Position numbers and translations under genes: made by a program. Shown in pieces: positions 50,980 through 62,600 of a stretch of 64,000 nucleotides of DNA. Below the pieces are notes generated by a model that was given only the letters and a program-made list of their open reading frames with translations, searched no databases and was not told where the DNA came from. Each line of letters starts with the position of its first letter. The first letter of the stretch is position 1. Source of the DNA: Tubiluchus corallicola (taxonomy: Eukaryota; Animalia; Priapulida); contig JAQGDQ010000360.1 of the NCBI GenBank assembly GCA_030141605.1, forward strand, positions 174,954-238,953. Reading direction: 5' to 3'.

Positions 50980-51924
50980 GCATATAAGATTCGAGGCTAC
51001 AGCGCCGACGACGGCACCATTTGCGGCGATCTATACATCAAACGAAAGGTCTCGGTATAGTGTCATGCCATAGGGGGTTAATTGTTCGAATCGGGCCCAC
51101 CGAGAAGAACGGGGGGCGAAAAACCTCCAAAAATGGCCATTTGCTTGATTTGTGCAACTATTAAAAAAGTTGAGAAAAAATAAACTCGCAGATGAGGACG
51201 AAACGGTCTACAAAGTGTTTATAGTTTCACTCGGAGATATGTATACTAGACGAAACAGGGTGTATTTCGAAGTTCTTTTTCTACCCCTGTGCTGCCATTT
51301 GAAACATCCGTTGTCTTTGAGTTTAAGAAATTTCGCGGCTGTTCTAGGTATTGTTCTCATCCGCTGTTCTATACTGTGTCATAGAGTGTACTTGCAAATT
51401 ATATCTGTGAGCCTATTATAATCCAGGAAGCAGTAAGCAAAATTGTGTAGAATGTCCGTGCATTATTGATCAAGGGTGGATGGTAACAGCATTTGCTATA
51501 GCACACAGTATCGACTTTGCACAAAATTGTTTTGCATGGTTTTACTATGACGCAGTGCTGTTGGCGTTGGTGCTGTAGGTTGTCATTATTGATGTCGACA
51601 TCATCATCATAGTCATCAACATCATCATCACCATGTGATGTGGTGGGTGTCCTGTGAATGGTGTGCAGTGGGTGTTGTACTGTTGATGATGTGGTGGGGT
51701 GGTAAGGTATGTGAGGTATTGGTGGAGCAGTGTGGGTAGAGTGGCGTGGTATTGATGGTGTGGTGTGGGTTGTGGTGTAGGGTGGGTGGCGTGTTATGAG
51801 TGGTGCAGTGGGTTGGTGTGGTGTGGTGTGGGTGGTGTGTTGTGAGTGGAGTGTTGAGTGGTTGTATGGTGTGGTGTGGGTTGTTGTGAGTTTATATGCA
51901 AACTTTTTTGCGGGGTTTAGCTAG
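50980..51924 (+). mobile_element. Non-autonomous Helitron, same family as 13169-15407
   Basis: 50981-51142 is the reverse complement of ~15240-15400. GTG-rich tract, hairpin GCAAA..TTTGC, GGGG, then CTAG (51921-51924) followed by T. The 5' end abuts a (GA)n tract. Confidence 0.75.
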
Positions 51925-52218
51925 TTTTCTATTAATATTAACAATCAAAAATGTCAGGCCACGCATGTATTTGTGGGGTTGTCGTTGTTAATTTTTTTTA
52001 GATTGTTTTCAGACTAAAAGAAAACTGTTTTTTAAATTACAGAATTTCAACAATGCCATCACAATGATAGTCGTGGAAACAATAAAGCAAAAATGACAAA
52101 TTCGAATGGAATAGAATTTCGAATGGAACTGTGTAACAAAGTGAGTTTTGGAGAAGAAAAGTGTCAATGAATATGCTGCAGTTAGCAATGAGGGAGCAAC
52201 ATTTCTTGATAAAGTGAC

Positions 52219-54711
52219 ATGGAATGCAAACTATTTGAAGTGCTGTTCTTACTTTTTACAATTGCGAGTTTCACCTTAGGTGAATACATAAAAGGGCGCA
52301 TCACACGCGGCAGAAAACCTGAAAAAGCATGCCTTCGTGCATATTATGACCAGGTCTACGAAATGACAGTTGCGGAAAAGTTATTTAAGAGAGGAAACAG
52401 AATGTATTTGGGTATTAGGGACTATTGGGGTACAAATAAACTAAACTATGGAGTACCTTACCTTACTGAAGCAACAATAAACGGTATCCGTACTGACCAT
52501 CAGTTGTTTTGGGCAGGAACTGACAGGTCATATCGAACAGTAACACCGGGTCCTTATATAGAGTACACGGCAAATACAAAAATTGAGGATTATCTGTTAC
52601 AATATAAACGTAATCAACTTCAACAAGAAAAACCAAAGCTTTTATTGAAGTTTAAATGCTTAGGATGCTATGAAGATATTAACTATTGGGGGAGTGTATA
52701 TAACTGTGATCCCAGCCGACCTGACCTTTGGAGTGAAATTACACTTATCCTTGTAATTGTGCCCGAGGATCAACATCCTCCTACATTCCCCGGCATCTAC
52801 CCCGGCAAGCAAGTATCTCTTGCTGAAGACACTCAAATTGGCTCGCAATTGTGGAAATTTCCCGCCAGAGACTTGGACGAATTTGCATATGCAAGGAATT
52901 TTATCATATGCCTGGGCGAACTTGTGAGACCACTTGGCAAATTTAACTGTACGGGAGAGGAATATTTTGAAGGTAAAACTATAGATAAGGATTTAATTTC
53001 TTATCAACGAACAAAGAAACTTGACTTAATTGTTTATCTGAAAAAGAAAGTACACTACAAATTCACAAAGAATCTCAAGTTAATTATCTGGGTGATACCC
53101 AAGACCAAGTTCGGACTACCACAAACTGATCCGACTGCTTGGCCATGTTTTAGACTGCCTACAAACTTTAGCGTTAATGTTCTTATAGATAATACAAATA
53201 ACGAGAATCCCAAATTTTCTCACTATCTGTATCAGGTCAGAGTGTATGAAGAAAGTTTTAGCGCACGACTGAAAGTTGAACAAGCAAAAATTAAAGCAAA
53301 TGACAAAGATGGACTAGGAAATGATGTGTTTTTCTCTTTTCCGTACCCAAGCCAAATGGAAAACAAATTTAAAATAGATGCAGCAAATGGTGAAATTACT
53401 ATTGCTAAGAATCTTACTACAGTAGCTGTTTACCACACTCTTGTTCAAGCGACAGAACCTGGTGTTGCTACACATTATGACAGAGCACTCTTGTCTATCG
53501 ACATCAGTCTAAATTCTGTAAAGTTCAAAAAAGAAAGTTTTTCAGTCGAAGTGTTTGATCACGAACGTGATGACACAATGATAATATTTGTGCCTGCTCT
53601 TATTGGTAATTCAGAAATGCCCCTCAGATATTCATTAGTAAATCCAAAACAGGATGTGGCGGTAAATGACTTTAGTTTAATCGTAAATAAACTGCAAAAT
53701 GCAAGTGCATCAATCTTAGGTCTGGTTAGAGCTTCAAAGCTAAATGAAGGCATTAAGGATCGCTATGAACTTGCTATATTGGTTCACAATACTGAAACAC
53801 ATAGGCAAGTAGGAACTGTTGATGTTACTGTTGATGTGAAAAATGCGGCACTGAAAAGTCCCAAGTTTATTCAAAATCCCTACGTGTTCAATAGTACAGG
53901 AGTTGCTGGATCATTTATTGGTCAAGTAAAAGCGACGTTTGAAACTCTCAATAATACGCTGATATTTTACTCAATTCTAAACTACAAAAATGTCGCTCGA
54001 ATTAAGTCCGAAGGAAAGATTACCCTGAATGCAGACGCAACAGGAAAGATGGCGATTGGCTTAAGTGCTTGCATAGCTGGATTAAATAGCAAAAATCGAT
54101 GTGGTTATGCTAAAGCAATAATTACATCACCGACTAAAGGAGACGCATCACACCTGCTACTGTCAAGCACAGGAAGTGTTTCTTCTGGACTTGTACTATT
54201 GATTCTAGTTATTGTGGTATTGTTTGGTGTAATAGTTGCACTATTGGTTTATCTGATCAGACAAAGAAAGTCGGACATTAGCAATAGTTCTGGTGACGAG
54301 ACAGAAAAGGAAGGTGAAGCAAAAGACGCTTCTGCCAAGGTTGTCAAAGCGGAGACGGATGCTGAAATAGTTGTCGATTCAATTAATGAAGAAGAAATGG
54401 AAGAGTTTGATGATACTGGTTTTACTTCAAGTCAAAATGTGTTAAAAAGATATGAAAAAGAAGATGGTGTGGAAACAGAAGATGAGTCACAAAAAAGAAG
54501 TGATGCAGAAAAGCATACCGATATTGAAGCTACTACTGTAAAAGAAGATGAAGCAAAAGAGCATGCTGAAACAAAGAATGATTCAATAAAAAGAAAAAAG
54601 GCGGACGTTGAGGTTACTTCTGTAGAGGAAGAAGAGATGGAAGATTCAGGAAATATTTTGGCAGGAACAATTGAGACGGTGTCAGGCGGTCTCATTGGAG
54701 GAAAGAATTAG
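52219..54711 (+). CDS. Intronless divergent cadherin-like type I membrane protein (830 aa)
   Basis: Signal peptide MECKLFEVLFLLFTIASFTLG; PEDQHPPTF, LAEDT, ARDLDE, DNTNNENPKF, ANDKD; TM GLVLLILVIVVLFGVIVALLVYLI; Glu-rich tail. Shares EEYF, VYLKK, QATE..ATHYDRALLSI and GQVKA with the 19053 paralog. Confidence 0.88.
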   Translation: MECKLFEVLFLLFTIASFTLGEYIKGRITRGRKPEKACLRAYYDQVYEMTVAEKLFKRGNRMYLGIRDYWGTNKLNYGVPYLTEATINGIRTDHQLFWAGTDRSYRTVTPGPYIEYTANTKIEDYLLQYKRNQLQQEKPKLLLKFKCLGCYEDINYWGSVYNCDPSRPDLWSEITLILVIVPEDQHPPTFPGIYPGKQVSLAEDTQIGSQLWKFPARDLDEFAYARNFIICLGELVRPLGKFNCTGEEYFEGKTIDKDLISYQRTKKLDLIVYLKKKVHYKFTKNLKLIIWVIPKTKFGLPQTDPTAWPCFRLPTNFSVNVLIDNTNNENPKFSHYLYQVRVYEESFSARLKVEQAKIKANDKDGLGNDVFFSFPYPSQMENKFKIDAANGEITIAKNLTTVAVYHTLVQATEPGVATHYDRALLSIDISLNSVKFKKESFSVEVFDHERDDTMIIFVPALIGNSEMPLRYSLVNPKQDVAVNDFSLIVNKLQNASASILGLVRASKLNEGIKDRYELAILVHNTETHRQVGTVDVTVDVKNAALKSPKFIQNPYVFNSTGVAGSFIGQVKATFETLNNTLIFYSILNYKNVARIKSEGKITLNADATGKMAIGLSACIAGLNSKNRCGYAKAIITSPTKGDASHLLLSSTGSVSSGLVLLILVIVVLFGVIVALLVYLIRQRKSDISNSSGDETEKEGEAKDASAKVVKAETDAEIVVDSINEEEMEEFDDTGFTSSQNVLKRYEKEDGVETEDESQKRSDAEKHTDIEATTVKEDEAKEHAETKNDSIKRKKADVEVTSVEEEEMEDSGNILAGTIETVSGGLIGGKN

Positions 54712-56638
54712 TTGTTGTTATAAGTATAAATTAATGAAATAGAATATATTTGTTTTACAGTCCTTTCTTACATTTACCAGTTTTTAAAACATTGTGTAGT
54801 TGCTTTAGGTCAATTTACGTTTATCAGTTTTTTGAAACATATTCAGATATTGTTTTTGCTAGAAATTCTGAACCAACTAAATTTTCTTTGTTTTGCCTTT
54901 GTTACATTTTGATGCACTAGAGTTTGTGTAAGTTACATTCAATGAAATTTAATAGGCTTCTCAGTTTGGAGAAGTATGAGAAATAAACATCCATCATACT
55001 GTTACAGTTGTTCAAATGTTTTAGAGACGCAATAAAATTTTTCTGCATACTGATGTGATCTAATAGGAAGCTGCATGAAATGAATTACCGTTATCATAAT
55101 GTTGCGGACGCCTTACCCAGAGCCGCCAAGAGGCCGAGGACTGCGAAGAGTGTGGATGGTGTGTTGTGGGTGTTGTGCCGTGGATGGTGTAGTGGGGTGG
55201 TAGGGTACATGTGGTATTGATGAAGTGGTGTGGTATTGACGGTGTGGTGTGGGTGATGTGGTGTGGATAATCTGGTGGCGTGGTAGGGTACTGACGGTGT
55301 GGTGTGGCTGATGTGGTGTGGATAATTTGGCGGGGTGGTATGGTGTGGATGGTGTGGTGTAGAGTATGCGGAATGCGAACACAAAATAAACCCTACTGCA
55401 TGACCAATAGCGCCAAATCCTCAGAAAAGGACATTCTAACGACACTTGCCACAAAGCCCACAACACCCACCCCCGCACATAGAAAGGTCAAGTTGGAATC
55501 ATAAATTTGCACGCGTGTTGTCTTTTAAACTGCTACCAATTACATGGGATTTGCATTAGTGGGCTTCTAAACCACACCCATTGCTAACATTGGGAGAGGG
55601 GTACAAAATATGCTTTCGCAACAATGGTTTTGTTCATGTATAGGCTGTATGTACTAGGCTGCGGATGGAAACGGGTAGATGGGCGAGACAGCCAAGGGAA
55701 AACAGGTTATGTCCTTGAGGGGACATTCAAACCAAGAAACACGTTATACAGACATGCCCCCTAACATCAAATATTAGAAACCGCTATGACAATGCAAACT
55801 TTGCTAATTTAACTCACTTCTTTGAGCATCCTAATTGTACATGATCAGTTATGAAATTTTGCAACTTTTGTGCTGATGTACCTTGTATGCATAACACTGT
55901 TTTAAGGCTATAACTTTGAGCAGGAAATATACGTAAAGTGACATTTGGACTAAAATCACTACTGTAGCATTTACCTCGTTCCTCGTGTATACAAGTAACT
56001 TGTTTTAGTCAATAAACTACATACATACATACATCTATTTATTGTTTACGACTACGAGAGCTACATAAACATAATCTGAATCTGAACAATGATCGGAAAT
56101 TGATTCTTGATGGATTATGAGTAGCTCCGTCTTGGTGTCATGCTCAAGGTGTAAAACGTATGCCAATTAAGTCATTTTGTTGGTCATTTTCTTGTCCCAT
56201 TCTCTGGACTAAATATTACTTGTACAACTTTAATAAGTTAAATTCTGCTTACTACACAGCTAAGGTAAAATGCAATCTACAATCTGTGAAGAAAATGATA
56301 TCATTTTAAAGGTATTTTGTTTAAATGTACTTGAAATCTTAGATGCCATGTTTTGAAATTTCATAATAGTTTATTAAAACATGTAATTAACAATTGTAAA
56401 CTTTTTATGTTCTAAAATGTCTGCCCATTGGAATGCAATTTTAATGTACTTTTAATGCGTGTGATTTTTGTAAGTAGTTTAACTAAATTCTGTTCTTATT
56501 TTTTCTGTAAATTGTAAGTTTTTGTTTTTATATTTAATTTTTTAGTAATACTGTATTTTTATGGCTTAAGACTATGTCTACGAGCTGAAATAAAGAATTA
56601 AAAAAACTAATAGTGCAAGGTAAAAGCTCATGACTTAC

Positions 56639-56840
56639 CTGCTGACCCCATGACACACATGACCTCCCCCACTACGAACCTCCATGCTGACATCTTTTAA
56701 CACGAGCCTCTTCACTGGTCGTTTGCACAGAACAAAATCGAACACCTTGTAACTCCAGCGTGTTATACATGTGCCGGGGCTCCATGCCCATGTCGTACAC
56801 TCCAGAGTTCATGATTTCACTTGAAACAATTTAGAGCTTC
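56639..56840 (-). pseudogene. Frameshifted ABCG (ABCG5/white-like) transporter 5' exon fragment
   Basis: TTCAG acceptor, CAG|GTAAGT donor. MNSGVYDMGMEPRHMYNTLELQGV (fs) FDFVLCKRPVKRLVLKDVSMEVRSG (fs, G5 run) EVMCVMGSAG is the LKDVS..GE....GSSG stretch that precedes Walker A in ABCG proteins. No downstream exons found. Confidence 0.55.
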
Positions 56841-57395
56841 CTGAAGTTAAACAATGCAATGAAGAGTAACTGACTCAACAGACACAAAGGTATATAATTG
56901 AGTATAAATAAACTTCATATGTCAATGTAATTACTGTGATTCTCGGATTGTTGTAACTAAATCAAACTGCAATAAAAACTGCATTTTGAAATATGGCTAG
57001 TAATGAGATGGTGGACCAAGACTAAAGCTATATTGTGTCCGGACAGATCTTAGCAACCAACCAAGTAACGTCTGTCCTATTCTATGTGAACGACAATAGC
57101 AGGGTGTTCCAGTTACAGTCCTTCAAAGAAAAATTCTCTTTCTAAAGTGACGTCACTGTAGTCACAGTCTAAAACAGTACGTTTCGCTAGAGTCTTTTAA
57201 TAAACGGCCGAATTTTTGAAAAGATTTTTTAGACATCACGTGACGAGACAAAACATAAAACTACAAATAAAGATGTCTATATCAATGTTTATGAATAACT
57301 TAGTATTACGTCATAACCTGCGCATGCGCAAGTACTCCGGTCACTGCATTTCTTGACAGTAAAAAAAGGTTGTTACATAATTATTGCTAACTTAC

Positions 57396-57462
57396 CAGCT
57401 AGCAGCCCATCCAGTAGTGATAAAACAACACAGCAAGATAAAACAACTTCTAAACACCACAT
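57396..57462 (-). pseudogene. Orphan copy of the TTLL signal-peptide exon 1
   Basis: ATG at 57462 encodes MWCLEVVLSCCVVLSLLDGLLA with a phase-1 GTAAGT donor; homology to copy B ends ~130 bp into the intron and no exon 2 follows locally. Confidence 0.8.
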
Positions 57463-58650
57463 ATCTACACTAGTTTAGCTTTGATACAGAGTAAAACTTT
57501 GATATGTAAAGTTGAAGATACTCTACGTGTCTGGAAGAGCGACCATAAACAGTGAAAACTAATATGGTTGCTGTTCAGGTTACTTGCTTTCATTTTGTCA
57601 CACTGGGGTAAATCACATGGGGTAAACGAACTCAGGTGCGATGACAAATTTTGCCTGGCAGGCTTTTAACGTGTTATCTCTTCTAAGTTGCTACTGATCT
57701 TGTTCACTGTGCAATTGTAAAGAGTGTAGGTAGACTGTATATGTTAATGTAATCACTAACCAATTAACCATTACGTGTTTTGTTAACTACAGAATTAACT
57801 ACTGTGTAAATTATGTATGTTTTATTGCATAAGTTATATTGTACGTATAAAAAATGTGATAATGATCATGATAGTAGAAATAGTAATAGTAGAGTAATAG
57901 TAATAGAAATCTCGCCTAAATTATTTTTAGTTTAATGATTTTCACTTTTGACAGTTTGATTTTGCTTTCATTCTTTGGTTCATTCGATGGATTGAGTTTC
58001 TTTAAATTGAAATTCTGGTTTTGTAATTAATTTTGTTTCATCTCATTAACAATATTCATCTATTGTTTGCCATTTTCAATTTTAACACGATTTCAACTGA
58101 TTATGTTTGATATAACTACAGTTTAGCATTGCTTTCATTTCTGTTTCTTGGTTCTTCATTTTAAATTTCGCTTCTGTTTGTTAATTTTAATTTTGTTTCA
58201 CTGTATCTACTTGTATTTATTGTTTGCCATTTTCAATTTTAAACTTATTTGAACTCATTATGTTAATTTGTGTCAAGCTACCCTTATTTTTCTATTTGTT
58301 TTCAGATTGATAATTTATATTTCTTTATCTATGTCTACTTGACAGGTCATTCAATTTTCTCTAATTTTATATGAAGGTGGCTGACTTGGTGACTGTTTGT
58401 CTTTTCGCCACCCCGTCTTTTTTCTTTCTTATTATATTTTTGCTTTTGTTTATTGTCATCCTGTAAAATAATCAACGACAAATTATTTACTTACTTAGTT
58501 ACTTGCTTAATGTATGGCACAAAAAATCACAGACACCCAAAATCTTTCTTGTATTGCTACAATTTTATAAAAAACTTTTGATAACACGAAAAAGCTGTTA
58601 CTAGAATTTTAGGTGAAATTATTTTTTGTTGTTGTTGTTATTTTTTACAG

Positions 58651-59859
58651 AACACTACGGCTGCAATTGTCCACCAGGACCCTCAGGTCCCCCTGGTCCT
58701 AGTGGTGAAACTGGTCCATCATGTCCTAGCGGACCTTCTGAACCTCCTGGTTCCAGTGGCCCTTCTGGTGACACTGGACCAAGTGGTCCTTCAGGTCCTC
58801 CTGGTCCTTCTGGGCAACCAGGACCCTCTGTGCCTTAAGGATCTTCTGGCGAACCTGGTCCTTCTGGGCAACCAGGACCCTCTGTGCCTTAAGGATCTTC
58901 TGGCGAACCTGGTCCTTCTGGCCCACCTGGTCCTTCACGTCCTCCTGGTACTTCTGGGCAACCAGGACATTCTGGGCCTTCAGGATCTTCTGGCGAACCT
59001 GGTCCTTCTGGCCCACCTGGTCCTTCACGTCCTCCTGGTACTTCTGGGCAACCAGGACCCTCTGGGCCTTCAGGATCTTCTGGCGAACCTGGTCCTTCTG
59101 GCCCACCTGGTCCTTCACGTCCTCCTGGTACTTCTGGGCAACCAGGACCCTCTGGGCCTTCAGGATCTTCTGGCGAACCTGGTCTTTCTGGCCCACCTGG
59201 TCCTTCACGTCCTCCTGGTACTTCTGGGCAACCAGGACCCTCTGGGCCTTCTGGACCTGCTGGCCCCTGTGGTTCTTCAGGTCCATCTGGCCCACCTAGA
59301 CCTTCTGGTCCACCTGGCCCTTCTGGGCCTTCTGGGCAACCAGGACCCTCTGTGCCTTCAGGATCTTCTGGCGAACCTGGTCCTTCTGGCCCACCTGGTC
59401 CTTCAGGTCCTCCTGGTCCTTCTGGGCAACCAGGACCCTCTGTGCCTTCAGGATCTTCTGGCGAACCTGGTCCTTCTGGCCCACCTGGTCCTTCTGGCCC
59501 ACCTGGTCCTTCACGTCCTCCAGGTAGTTCTGGGCAACCAGGACCCTCTGGGCCTTCGGGATCTTCTGGCGAACCTGGTCCTTCTGGCCCACCTGGTCCT
59601 TCACGTCCTCCTGGTACTTCTGGGCAACCAGGACCCTCTGGGCCTTCTGGACCTGCTGGCCCCTGTGGTTTTTCAGGTCCATCTGGCCCACCTAGACCTT
59701 CTGGTCCACCTGGCCCTTCTGGGCCTTCTGGACCTAAAGGTATGAAAGGAATGAAAGGTCATAAAGGTGAACGAGGTTGGCCAGGCGCACCAGCGTTCAA
59801 ATTAAAAGCTGTTTTAAATTGTGAACATTCAATTGGTCCTGGATGTGGTAAACATGTCA
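58651..59859 (+). pseudogene. Collagen-like exon, copy 2, repeat-expanded, with premature stops
   Basis: Same splice sites as copy 1, 1209 bp against 759 bp. TCA>TAA stops at 58836-58838 and 58890-58892. Confidence 0.8.
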
Positions 59860-60362
59860 GTAAGTGCGTTATATCCGGACTATCGTTACCAAAATCATAG
59901 GATTCATTTTAAGACTAGATAGCTTATCAACCGTACTGCTCAAATCAAGCTGATAATGCACGTATTTGATTCCAATTCCGAAATGAAAAGAAATCCCGGG
60001 GCTAAGACCCTGTTTACATTTTGCTTATCCATTTATACAAAAGGATCGAAAGAAACATAAATATAAATAAGAGCGGAGTGCAGTTTTTGGTCACATGCTA
60101 TTTGTATAACTCTTGTATAAAAACAGCGAAAAGCAAAGGTCCCAGCACCGATCCCGGTGGTACACCTTTCGTTAAAAATTTGTCTTTACGCATGTTTTTG
60201 AATAAAATACGTGTAACTACACCCATGTATACATTCATTATAATTAGTTTATCAGTCTTTATATGCATTGTAAATGGAAGTTTATTTCAGTTCATTATTT
60301 TATTTATTAGGTTGACCTGTATTGCGAACACTCGTATCCCATATCGCGAAACACCTATCTAT

Positions 60363-62600
60363 CTACCACTGTTCTAAGTAAGTCACAAATTGACTCCAAC
60401 TCATACCTGACCAAACCTCACGGTTAGCATCTATATACTGTGCGCAAGCACCTTCTACAGTCATGTACGCTAATCTCACACACACACCACCTGCATTCTG
60501 AGAATCGGGTGAAATGCAGAACCCCCTTCGAGTAATACTTTGTATCCACCTCCTGAACTTTTCACTGCAATCAGTTTCTTGCCCCGTAAATTTCGGTAAG
60601 TCAGCCAAAGCACTACAAAGGGCCCATTGGTCCGTCATGGCGCCTATCTGAGTAGAAAGCCAACTGGCTCTTTCTACCATAGTGGGTACAGCCCCACTTG
60701 TTCGGTCTGAGGACCCAGCCTCAGGGTTAGGCGTATCTACGGGGAGGTTGCCGCTACTCTCAATACTCTATTCGTTATCTCTCATTCTTTTTACAATCAC
60801 AGCATGTAGGGCCTGAATTTCAGGAGTCTGCCCTTCCAGCCACCCAATAGGGATGTTTCCGGATCTAATCCAGCCCTCTAGTTGGACTTCCGTAATGTCC
60901 TGGAGATCTGACATAATTACTCTCTTTTACAGTAACTTTTCGCAAAACAAAATCTAAACAACAATACTACAGGCTGTTAACACCTCGATAATGATAAAAC
61001 CACTTACCAATTTAGATCGCGGGTTGTAACTTCTTTCACTTTCAGATCCGCCCCTCTAAATGCTTCAATTTTCTCTTGACACGCCTCTACACTGCTACTG
61101 ATTCCTTAAGGACTTTCACTTTCCACTTTCGGTATCTGAATAATACAGTGGACTCAATATACACAATAACAATTCGTTTTCCAATTAAAACACAATTTGA
61201 AAAAGCACAAATTCGCAAAGCACTAAATCCTGGTCGGACGGCACCAGTTATCACCCTTCTGTTTTTGTACAAAGTGATCTCGATTAATCAACTTAATTAA
61301 TCGAATTAATAATGATGATGATTCGTACACCGATTGCTTCCAGGTAACTGATCGATTACCCGACTCCGAGGGCTTTGGTTCAGTCGATAAGGCAATGATC
61401 TGTCCTACACGACTATAACCTCGAACTTGCGTTGTGAGTCAGATCTTTATCCCCACGAGTTTACAAGCCAGCTCCCGCAAATGAGCTCTTTTACACTGCG
61501 AATCGCTTCAGGTTCGAATCAAGGATTTAGTGTTGCGATTATGAGTCACCAGTAACGCATTAAACATTAACAAAACTCAATGGTTAAGTTAACTCAGTGA
61601 ATAGTTTTTATTGTACTTACAGGTTACAAGTTACTCTAATTGGTATCGATACAGGATTTGTTCTTATACGCCGGTGGGCGTTTACAAATAACGTCTAATT
61701 CCAAGAGATACTATCCACTTAACTGATCTTCTATATCGTTATGATGCACTGAAGGTGCTTAAGTCATACAAATTCGTTACAGTTACAAACTGTAATCAGA
61801 TACAAGTTACAAATAAATAAGTAAGTTCACTTAACTGGTGGATTGGCTAATGTACTACTGCTATTGGCCAAATCCCTGTTCATAAACGAGACTTCGCAGC
61901 ACCAGTGCTCAGACTTTGCTAAGTACGTAGATGATACCTCCACGCTGGGCTAACGATGTTTTCTGACGTCTTGCAGAGTACGTCTCGGACACAACAACAA
62001 TATAGCGGCAACCACTGTCAGTCTCTCCTCCATGTCGTCTCTGTGACTCTTCCTCGTTGTGTGTGTGGCTTGAACTTTTTCCAAGCTTATAAAGCAAAAG
62101 CCTTATTGCGCATTGACCGCAGAGTATTGCACCATCTCGGCCAATCTTACCTCCTGGACAGTGGATAATACTTTCGATTTCTAAATTTATGATCAATACT
62201 GCTCAATGATTACTGTCACTGAATTTTGCCGCTTTTGATTTCTTCCTCGGCATGCGACAAACGGTTACTACTGACCTTATTTCTCTTGTTTTCTAATTGG
62301 CGTGCACGCTGCTAGTAAACAGCGTCTCTTTGAATTCTGCACAGGTCAGTTTCACTACATTGTGACAATTCTGCTTATTAAATCTAAACTCTTGAACTTA
62401 GCTTGCGACTACTCGGTTTGTCGGTTTCACTTTTCTAACTCATTAAATTCAAGCTACAAGCTGGATGAGTTCCATATTCAAATTTATATGAATTTATTTA
62501 ACAAAATCAGGGAGGAGCGAGTTTATCATCTTAATCAGATTCATCTGATAAACTCAATTAATATCTACTGAAATTCATATTCCAAAATTTATTCATAACA
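60363..62600 (-). mobile_element. Gypsy-type LTR retrotransposon 5' portion: LTR (~61246-62600), tRNA-His-like PBS (~61228-61246), truncated gag
   Basis: Minus-strand ends TGTTAT..ATAACT, AATAAA near 61608, PBS TGGTGCCGTCCGACCAGGAT directly after the LTR, gag start LPKFTG. The LTR 5' end coincides with truncation of the adjacent LINE ORF. Confidence 0.7.

Noticed and set aside
56639-57462. Signal-peptide exon spliced to the ABCG exon as a new chimeric gene
   Set aside because: The phase-1 join reads GSSKLFQVKS* and stops immediately.
58702-59745. 347-aa Leu-rich ORF (and 46692-47285, plus antisense Gln/Lys-rich ORFs) overlapping the collagen exons
   Set aside because: Shadow frames of GGN-CCN-TCN repeats rarely contain stops; the splice phases and Gly-X-Y pattern identify the real frame.
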